A DNA stretch of 64,000 bases from Camelus dromedarius (lineage: Eukaryota). The position numbers were made by a program, and so were the translations under genes. Numbering within the stretch: position 1 is the stretch's first letter; every line of letters begins with the position of its first letter. Shown here in pieces: positions 1-15,849 of the stretch. The stretch covers positions 42,532,001 to 42,596,000 of the forward strand of contig NC_087451.1 of the NCBI RefSeq assembly GCF_036321535.1. The letters are read 5' to 3'. Below the pieces are notes generated by a model. It did no database searches. It was not told the origin of the DNA and worked only from the letters and a program-made list of their open reading frames with translations.

Positions 1-948
1 TGCTCTGTTTACAGCGGGGTCTGAAGCAGAGTTCTTTGTCAGAAATCCTACCCAAGGCCCTTCTGTTCAGAAATTCCTTTGCTGAATAAAGTGTGTTCAG
101 ACTACCAGGGAGGCTGCCTGTTGCTCAGGGCTCAGCCCTCTTGAGCCTGTCTAGTATCCCACACCCTCCACTTCCCTCTGGCGGCACTTCTCTTTTTCTT
201 TTCTCTGGTCGAAGGCCACAGCTGCTGTGGCCCTGGCCAAGCAGTGAGTTTGTGAAATTCTCACCTTATCTCAAGTTTCCCAGGCGCACTCCCTGAGCCA
301 GGGCAGCTTTGCAGACACTACCCGTCAGGGGGAGGGGACTTGGAGACGGGATGCATCTCCGCCCCTAGCACCACGCACCCAAACAGCCAGGGGAGGGGGG
401 GGCCTGGGTACCTGCCCACTCACCTCCCCCTCTTCTGCAAGCATGCTGTCTAGGGCTCAGCAGCCTGGCTATTTTGAGCCCCAATGCCTTTGGCCTTGGT
501 GCAAGTGGAGGCTCACTTAGTGTGGGCTTGGTTTCTCAGGGCAGCTGGAGAACTTGAGGTGCTGAGGCAGGCAGCCCAACAGCCAACAGACTCTCCAGGC
601 AGGCGGGGTGGGCCCGGCAGGCGCCTCCGCCCTCCTCACCACCGTGTGAGGCATGCACCCACATTCTTTCTCAGCCCTCCCTCCCCCTGCCTCCCTCCCA
701 GGGCCTCCAGGGCAGGGGCTGCACAGGAATTCGAGCCTGCTGCGCCAGGAGGGGCAGGAACACCCTGTTTACTTGATGTTCCTTATTCCCACTCACCGCC
801 CCCCCCTTCCCTGCCACCTGCCCTGGAATAGGCTGGATGCAACAGCCAGCACTGGCTCCTCAAATAACAGTTCAGGGTGGAAATTCAGAAAATGAGCTCT
901 TTTAGCCTCTGCTCTGTTACTGACTCAAAAAGGGAGGCCTAAAAAGAA

Positions 949-1383
949 TGTTGCAGCAAAGTGTGTTAACAGCTCAGTGTTATAGCTCAGTTGTGACAGC
1001 AACCACTATCCAGGCGAGAGACCAAGCAGCAGTGGGAGGGTTGGAGAACTCAGGTTTATTACTCCAGTGGGCCCAGAGGAGTTAACACTCCAAGCTCTGG
1101 ACCCTGTCTATAGGTTTACACAGGCTTTTATAGGCTACCAGTCTAGACTTTGTAACATTTTGCAACATCATATGCAAATAAGGTATAACAAATGGGCCAA
1201 TCAGGAGTGAACTTAGGGAACCAATAGAATCTTAAGGGTAAGTTTCACTTTTCTAGAAGTAAGCCGTTTCAGAGTTAAGAAGTGGGATAATGCTGCTGGG
1301 CCAGGGCACTGAATGGTGCTGGCAGGAGGGTAGTGGCCCTGCCTGGGGATCTTGCTGTCTTTTTCATGGGGCTTTCCACCTCA
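949..1383 (-). mobile_element. Solo LTR, ERV1 (gammaretrovirus-like) class
   Basis: Begins TG (949) and ends CA (1383), flanked by the 4-bp direct repeat AGAA (945-948, 1384-1387). Minus-strand order is CCAAT boxes (~1197, ~1221), TATAAAA (1132-1126), then AATAAA (1060-1055). Confidence 0.75.
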
Positions 1384-1389
1384 AGAATA

Positions 1390-2596
1390 GATACTTGAAA
1401 TCAATGAAACAAGAGTTCAGAAATAAACTCTAACACTTACAGTTAATTGATTTTCCACAAAGGGGCCAAGATAATTGAATGGGAAAAGAACAGTCTTTTC
1501 AACAAATGATATTTGTTAACACAACTGGGTATCCACATTCAAAAGAACAGATTTGGACTGTGGCCCACTATCCACAAAAATTAACTCAAAATGGATCATA
1601 GAACTAATGTAAGAGAAGTCTTAGAGGAAGTCATAGGACTACATCTTCCTGACCCTGGGTTAGGCAATGGGTTTTAGATATGACATCAGAAGCACAAGTG
1701 ATTGAAAAAAAGGGATAAAAAATAAGTTGGGTTTTAGCAAAATTAAAAACTTTTGTGCTTCGAAGGATAGGGTCAAGGCAACACTCACACTGGGAGGAAA
1801 TATTTGCAAATCATAAATCTAATAAGGGACTTGCGTTTAGGGTACGTAGAGAACTTGTACACAACAAAGACAAATACCTGAGTTTTTAAAAGGGCAAAGG
1901 ATTTGAATAGGCATTTTTCCAAAGAAAAACACTAATGGCCAATAAGCCCATGAAAAGATACTCAACATCATCAGTCCTTGTAAATCAAACCACAAGGAAA
2001 CACCACATCATACCCACTGAAAAGGCTATTATAAAAGAGACAGTTATAATTGTCGCCAAGGATGTGGAACTCCCATCCACTGCTGGTGGGAATGTAAAAT
2101 AATGCAGCTGCTTTGGAAAGCAGCCTGGCAGTGCCTCAAAATGTTAAACATAGGACCAACATAAGACCCAGCAATTCAGCTTCTAGATATCAAGAAAAAT
2201 GAAAAAATGTGCACACAAATATGTGCACAAGTATTCATTGTGGCATTATTCATAACAGCCCCATATGGAAGCAGCCCCGATGTTTGTCAGCTGATGAATG
2301 GGTAAACAAAACAGTATATCCATACAGTGGACATTATTCTCCAATAAAAAGGAATGAAGTACTGATGCATGCTACATGAATGGACCACAGAAACATGCTA
2401 AGAAGTCAGACACAAGGCCACATGATTCCATTTATGTGCAATGTCTTGAATGAGCAAACCTATAGAGACAAACAGTAGCTGAGTGGTTGCCTAGGACTGG
2501 CTGCTGGATGGGGTTGAGTACAGAGTTTCTTTGAGGGGATGATAAAATGTAAAATTAGATTTTGGTGATGGTTGCATAACTCTGGATATACCAAAA
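1390..2596 (+). mobile_element. Old LINE-1 3' fragment (end of ORF2 plus 3'UTR, L1M-like)
   Basis: Typical L1 3' motifs such as GGGAAAAGAACAGTCTTTTCAACAAATG, CTGCTGGTGGGAATGTAAAAT and GACCCAGCAATTC; no intact ORF. Confidence 0.8.
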
Positions 2597-5055
2597 ACTG
2601 ATCTATACTAAAACCAGATCTGTACTGATCTGGTATAGATCAGTAAGATGAGGCCGGGGACGGAGGCCTAGGACTTCCATGGGAAGAAAGTCCTCCCTTG
2701 CCTGGCTGAAAAGACCTGGGCCAGTGGGTCATTAGCTCAGCTGAGCTCCCAGGATCTAGTGGCCTTGGGCTGCTTCCAGCCTAACCAGCTAAAGATGTGT
2801 CTGGCTGGGAACTGAGCCGTGGAGGGTGTGGAAGTCCCAGGAGCCCTGGAGTAGGGGTGGGGAACAGGATGGATCCATTGCTCCTGTTTTTAAGAGACTT
2901 CGCTTTCACCCTGTTTCCCTTCTTGTGGAATTCTTGGACCCCAGACATCTGCTAAGTGAGTCTGTGCCTCGTTCTGCGAGTGCCCCTCGTCTTGAACCAA
3001 TGTGGAGAGGGTGGCCTTAGGCCTACTCAGTGTTATAAAGATAGGGGACAATTCTAGCACCACCTTCAGGACCCCCGACCCTGTCCCTCACTGAGGACTG
3101 TGCCTCTTTCTGCCCCAGGAGCCCTGGGTGGGAAGGGCATTGGAGCTCCCCTCAGATCTGAGGGTGACTGCCTGCCCTCCCAGCCCTCTAGCCCATCCAA
3201 GGCGAGACCGAGGCATGGGCTGCTCCCTGGTGGCCAGATAGGGAAGGACTCATTCCTCCTCACAGGTAAGGTGGGTGGGAGCCTAGCGGGGCGCTGACAT
3301 GCGGGGGACTGGATTGGCTGGGCAGAGGGACAAGCGATCCGGAGGTGTTCTGGGCTGTGCAAGAAGAGGGTCAGGCTGGCAGGAATGAAAGAGGAGATGA
3401 GATAGGAGTGGAGAGCCCGACCAACCTGTTACACACATATACATTGAAAAAGTAATAAAATGTGTCATGTGGCAAAAGGATTAAACAGTACAAAAGGCCC
3501 TATTTTAAGTCTTCCGCCCCAGTGTCCCAGTACCCCCACTGGAGGCAAGCACTGTTTACATAGCCTTTAAAAAAACACACACACACAAATGACATATACT
3601 ATACTCACTGATGCGACCTTTAAAAAATTTCAATAAAAAAAATCAAAAAAAATACGTATATATTTTGCAGAACACTCTGAATCAGCACCAACACATCTTC
3701 CTCATATTTTTTTTTTTGGCAAATGCTTAATATTTCATCCTATCAATGCAACTTAATTTCTTCAACCAGCCCCCTATTGTCTTCAAAGAGCTCCCAGCCT
3801 GGTGGAGGATAAAGACAGTGTGACACACCCAGTGTAATCGGTGAAGCTCCTGCCGAGCATTTATGAGCTCAAGCTGTGAATGTGCTACCAACCCTCTGGA
3901 TGGCGCCCCCAACCTGCTGCTCCTGCCAGCAAAAACCCCACAGCATTCTGGGTAAATCCAGATCCCAGAGAGGAATTCTGAGCCTGACACTGGACCTGCT
4001 GCCCAGTTCCCCTGACATACGTGTTCCATAAGATCCAAATTGATGGTAAAACGGGTCCTGGGAGGAGGAGAGTGACAAATCTTACCTGCAGCAGCCGGTG
4101 TTTGGAGGGGGTGTTAGAGGGAGTGAAGAGGGGCCTGCGGGGCTGCAAGCTACAGCTCCATGAGGGCCCATCTCTCTGGGCAGGTCTTGGAGCTGCTTCC
4201 TGGGAAAGGCTGAGAACCTTCTGATACTAAGAACTGAGTGTAACAGAGGCTGCACCTCCTGCACTAGCTGCTTGCTGAGCTGGGAATAAGGCAAGGGGGC
4301 ACTGCAGCTTCAGTCTGCAGAAGGGGGTGGAGAAGGGCAAGCTCAGTGGACTCCCACGTTCTCTTTCAGTCCAGGCTCTGGACTTTCTGGCCTGGCAACC
4401 CTCCTCTGTCCCCTTCCCAGTCTCTAAGCAGCTTCTCTCAGACCTGACAATCTGAAAAAAATCTACACCTGCCTCCAAAAGGACTCAGAATCCTTTTAGA
4501 AATTTCAGTCTTTCTAAAGAGCCCACCACTCCTGGCCACCGCACAGCCCCATTCAACCCCTCCCTGCAGACAGGCAGCCTGAAAGGTTGCATTTCCTGGG
4601 GGATAGTGGCAAGAACACTCATCTGGGAGTTAGGAGTTCCTGGTTCTAGTTCCAGACCTGCAGTCCTACTGGTTATTGATCTTCTCAGAGTCACTTCCGT
4701 TTGCTGGCTCTCAGTTTCCCAATATGCAAAATGAAGATAAGTCTGGTCCTGTCCTCCTGCTGCTACCACCTTAAGGATCCCATAGGGATCTCTTCACACA
4801 TCCACCAGGCCCTGCCCCAAGGCCAGTCCAGGCTCACGTGGCCCATCCCTCCTTCAACTTCCTGATCTTTTAGTTCCTCAAATCTGCTCAGCTCTTTCTT
4901 TACCCTTCCTGGAACTTCATATATGTATTTCTTCTGCGTGGAATGCTTTTCTCCTCCCCCTTCCCCTCAATTCCAACTTAATTCAGATTAAGTGTCACTT
5001 CCTCTTGGAAGCCTTTGGCTGGGTACCCTTGCATTTCTTCACAGCATCACAACTA

Positions 5056-5269
5056 CAGTTGACCCTTGAAAGACAAGTGTTTGAACTGCTTGGGTCTACT
5101 TATACACGATTTTTTTCCAATAAATACGTGCTACAGTACTACACGAACCTCAGTTGGTTAAATCCGCGGATGGGGAACCGCGAATACAGGAGGGCCAACT
5201 GTAAATTTGTATGTTGACTGCCCGTGGTTCAGCACTCCTAACATCTGTGCGTTTTTCAAGGGTCAACTG
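5056..5269 (+). mobile_element. Tigger2-derived non-autonomous DNA transposon (TcMar-Tigger MITE)
   Basis: Perfect 16-bp terminal inverted repeats CAGTTGACCCTTGAAA (5056-5071) and TTTCAAGGGTCAACTG (5254-5269), with TA target duplication on both sides. Confidence 0.85.
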
Positions 5270-5439
5270 TATAATGTAAATTTTTATAAATTTATATTAT
5301 ATAAATTTTTGTTTATATATATAAGCTTCTAGGTCTCTCCGGGAGAGGAGTGACAGTGCCCGGTACAGAATCAACTCCAAATACTTATTGGATGGTAAAG
5401 TGATTTGCAGGTGAAAGCGCGTTGTACCTGAAGGCGCCA

Positions 5440-5699
5440 GTGAAGGGCTGTGAGTCACATCCGGCTCTGGACTTCTAAAGTCACTTGGGTCACGCGCTCT
5501 GGCACCACGTGTGATCAGAAAACACCCACAAGGGCTGGTCTGGCACCCGGAAGCTGGTCGCCCAACCGCCGGCGGGTGCTGCACCTTCAATTCCACGTGA
5601 CCTGAGGCCCGCAGCTGATTGGACGCAGCCATCCTGCCCCTGGTCCCGAGTCCGCATTGGTTCCCTGCGGGGCCGCCGCCGGGCTGAGACTGCTGGACC
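5440..5699 (+). promoter_or_regulatory. NAGLU CpG-island promoter with CLEAR-like E-boxes
   Basis: CACGTG at 5506-5511, CCACGTGAC at 5593-5601, ETS CCGGAAG at 5547-5553, inverted CCAAT at 5618-5622 and 5656-5660; CpG-rich through exon 1. Confidence 0.7.
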
Positions 5700-12249
<6,550 letters not shown>

Positions 12250-12464
12250 CAGATTAACTACACTTGGGCCATATTCTCCCCAAACTCCAGGCCTGGGCAG
12301 CTTCCTGGGCCCTGGACCTGAACAACCGTCACAGGAATTCCCCAAGCCTGGGTGAAGGAACTCAAGACCTGCCAGTGGGATCAGCCATGGAAGGTTTGGA
12401 GGGGGTGAGCTGCCTTCCTCCACCACCCCAAATTTGGGATCAAAGAGCTGTTTTAGTACCACTT

Positions 12465-12470
12465 AATAAA
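12465..12470 (+). terminator. NAGLU polyadenylation signal
   Basis: AATAAA 216 nt after the stop codon. Confidence 0.75.
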
Positions 12471-12909
12471 GTGATGAATCACCTGGACCTGTGTGTCAGA
12501 ATGTCAATGCCGCAGTGCCTGGGAGGACTTGGGGCTACAGACACTGATACTGGTGAGGCCCATTCTGCCTGCCCCCTCGCTTCAGCTTCCCCATTTTTAA
12601 TATCCCTGACCTTTGAACTAAGAATGCCAAAGCATTTACTTCTACATCCTCACCAACAAACTCTGGCAACTAGAATTGTCCTTGTAGGACAGAGGCTTGC
12701 CAGGGGAAGATCTGCCCAGGGCATCTGGTGCCCACACAGGAGCCCACACCTCTTGTTTGCAAAGCTTCACCCTCCCTCTGACCTACACCCAAAGAGGGAT
12801 GTTCCAAGCAATAGCCTCATCTCTGACTTGAGCTAGAGTAGGTTGTGGAGGGCCAGCCAGTGACCCATGGGAGGGCTCAGCCTTGAGATTGTGTTGTAGA
12901 CATAACAAA

Positions 12910-12960
12910 GGGTGGGGACCCCAGAGGGGAGGGGAGGGGCAAAGCAGGTGATATACATCC
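12910..12960 (+). promoter_or_regulatory. HSD17B1 proximal promoter (GC/G4 tract and TATA-like box)
   Basis: GGGTGGGG...GGGGAGGGGAGGGG (12910-12939) followed by GATATACA (12950-12957), about 55 nt upstream of the ATG. Confidence 0.5.
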
Positions 12961-13009
12961 CAGAGACCAGAGACCAGCATTCCTGGTGCCTCTCCCTATG
13001 CACATTCGC

Positions 13010-14952
13010 ATGGAGCGCACAGTGGTGTTCATCACTGGCTGTTCCTCTGGCATTGGCCTACACCTGGCCCTGCGTCTGGCGTCAGACCCGTCCCAGAGCT
13101 TCAAAGGTACATGAGAGGAAGGAGAGGGTGGTGTGGAGAGAAGGGAGCAGCTGCTGGTCCAAGGGAGACTAGATAGTCGTAAGCCCAGAATTCAGAGCCT
13201 CCTCCTCTCTCTGAACCTCCAGTGTATGCCACGCTGAGGGACCTGACAACACAGGGCCCACTGTGGGAGGCTGCCCGGTCCCGAGGGTGCCCCCCGGGCT
13301 CCCTGGAGACGTTGCAGCTAGATGTGAGGGACGCAGATTCCATAGCCGCTGCCCGGGCACGCGTGGCCGAGGGCCGCGTGGACGTGCTAGGTGAGCATCC
13401 CCGCAAAATATATGCAGAAGCTTTCCTCACCCTGTGTCCAAACCAAGATTTCCCGAGGCCCAGGGGGCACGAGCGGAGAGGCGGGGCGGGGGGCCGTGTG
13501 TGAGGCGGGCGAGGTGGGGTCTCTCTCTCCGCAGTGTGTAATGCAGGCCGGGGCCTGATGGGGCCGCTGGAGGTACAGAAGGCGGACGCCGTGGACTCCG
13601 TGCTGGACGTGAACCTGACAGGGACCGTGCGGATGCTGCAGGCCTTCCTGCCAGACATGAAGCGGCGCCGCTCGGGACGCATATTGGTGACCGGGAGCAT
13701 GGGAGGATTGATGGGTGAGTACAAAGAGGCTGGGGTCAGAGGCGCGCAGGAGGCGAGGCTCAGCGGGAGAGGCCAGGAGTCTAATAAAAAGCGTGGTGAG
13801 ACCGCTGCGGGCGCCTGGGGCTCCCAGCACATCTCCTCCGGGACGCGCCTCACAGCCTCCTCTCCCCTCCAAGCGCTTCCCTTCAACGCCGTTTACTGCG
13901 CCAGCAAGTTCGCAGTAGAAGGTTTGTGCGAGAGTCTGGCGATTCTGCTGCAGGCCTTCGGGATCCAGTGAGTCACCGCCCCGCCCCCGGGACTCTCTGA
14001 GCCCCGACTTTGGGAACCCCAGCACCCTATCTGGTTGGAGCGGCTCTCAGGCGTTCTCCCTGGCCCCTCCCTAGTGCAGCTGCAGTTTGTTGTGCGCCAA
14101 TCACAGTACTAGGTGCTTGGTGCGCGTCCTCTCACTCCACCCCCCGGCCTCCGGGTGAGGTATATGTATTGTTATTGGGCAGCTCAGGCCCAGAGAGGTT
14201 TGGTGATTGGCCCAAGGCCACACAGCTGTAAGTGGTCCAGCCAGGTTGGCATTCTGACATCAGAGCCACTTTCACACCCTTCAGATGTGGTGGCGCTTTT
14301 CGGGCAGTAAACCACGTTCGAACGCTCCGGTTATCCTAAGCGCCGGCTCCCTGCGCTTAGCCGCCCTCCCGCCCGGGCTCCCATCCGCCCCCTGCCCACT
14401 CGCTGCTCTCCGGCCCGCAGCTTGAGCCTCATCGAGTGCGGCCCGGTGCACACCGCCTTCTCCGAGAAGCTGGAGGGCGGCTTAGGCGGGGTACTGGACC
14501 ACGCGGACGCCAAGACCCGCGACCTCTTCTCCCGTTACCTGCGTCACTGCGAACAGATCTTTCTTGAGGCGGCGCAGGACCCGGAGGAAGTGATCGAGGT
14601 GAGCGACGGGGCAGAGCTGCGGGAGCGGGGTCTGCGCTAGGGTCTCCCCACCCAGCCCCCGCAAGCGCGCTTCTTCCCGCCTCCCCAGGTCTTCCTCCAG
14701 GCGTTGCGCGCCCCGCGCCCGTCCCTGCGCTACTTCACCACCGAGCGTTTCCTGCCTCTGATACAGCTGCGCTTCTCCGACCCCAGCGGCTGCAGCTACG
14801 TCGCCGCCGCGCACCACTCAGTGTTCGGGGACTCGGACGGCGCGGGGGGATCGGACAGCGCCGGGGACTCGGATGGCGCCGGGGGCTCCGACAACGCCGG
14901 GAGCTCCGACTGCGCTGGGGTGGAGGCTGGAGCCGGAAAACGCTCAGCCTGA
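13010..14952 (+). CDS. HSD17B1: 17-beta-hydroxysteroid dehydrogenase type 1 (SDR family), 326 aa
   Basis: Exons 13010-13106, 13223-13390, 13535-13714, 13874-13967, 14421-14598 and 14689-14952; 981 nt, frame intact. Rossmann motif TGCSSGIG, catalytic Ser (TGS) and YCASK. Confidence 0.96.
14827..14916 (+). repeat. Coding tandem repeat, 5 x 18 nt, in HSD17B1 exon 6
   Basis: Units GGGGACTCGGACGGCGCG / GGGGGATCGGACAGCGCC / GGGGACTCGGATGGCGCC / GGGGGCTCCGACAACGCC / GGGAGCTCCGACTGCGCT. Confidence 0.9.
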
Positions 14953-14978
14953 ACTAGGCGCTCCTCTCGCGGCCCCGC

Positions 14979-14984
14979 AATAAA
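14979..14984 (+). terminator. HSD17B1 polyadenylation signal
   Basis: AATAAA 27 nt after the stop codon. Confidence 0.8.
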
Positions 14985-15849
14985 GGCTTGGTCCGTCGCA
15001 GTCTCCCGCGCTCTCCTTTGCGGCTCCGAGGGGTGTGCGGTTTTGGGGGGTGGAAAGGGGCTCCTGACTGCACTGCACTGTCAGAGGGTGGGTGATCAGG
15101 ATAGATCGTGTTAGTCCGGGTTAAACCTGCAGAAACCAAGGCCGAGAGAGGGAATGAGCTAGCCCAGGGTCACGTCTCAAGTCCCCCGCAGGGCAGACAC
15201 AAGAGTGGCCCCTGGATTCTAGAGGGGCGTCTGCAGCAGTAGGAGTTAGGCGGACTTGGGTGCGAGGAGAGTCAGCTTGTGACTTGGCTCCCACGAGTCA
15301 CAGGACCTTAGGCAATGTCCTTCCCCTTTCAGAGTCGGTTTTCTTATCTGTACAATGGATATAATTCCTGTCAGAGTATGATGAGGATTAATTGAGATAA
15401 TGCCCAAAAGAGCTAGTATAGAAGTCTTAATAGCAGGCGCAAGCTATTATTATTACTACTGGTGGTATTACTATTGTAATTGTGTTCCCAAAGGGAAGTC
15501 AGATGTGTAAAGAGGAAACAAGGCTAAATGAGCCAAAAGGAGACAGCCCCACTCACCCCCATCCTTGCCCACTGCCCTAGATAACATTCAGCAGGAGAGG
15601 TGCAGCCCTGGAGCTGCCTCTCACCAGGAGGTCTAGCTGAGGCTCCAGGCCTGACGAATCTGCCCAGTTTTCTGGCCTCCTTCTGGAAGGGGAAGCTAGT
15701 GGAAGGAGCTGGAGTTGCAGAGCCAATCTCCTTCTAACTTCCTTTAAGGTTGGGTGCTGGAGGAGCAATGGAGCTACAGACTATGTGGGGAGGTTGCAGG
15801 CAGAGAAAAGCGGTAGGGGTGCCCCACGAGGGGACTTAATAAAGAAAAT

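Noticed and set aside
13851-13873. Alternative in-frame HSD17B1 exon 4 acceptor (CACAG, +6 aa)
   Set aside because: That AG directly follows the likely branch point (CTCAC) and precedes the pyrimidine tract; the AAG acceptor gives the conserved 94-nt exon.
13010-14952. This HSD17B1 copy being the pseudogene (it occupies the position of human HSD17B1P1)
   Set aside because: All six exons are in frame with intact splice sites, catalytic residues and a polyA signal.
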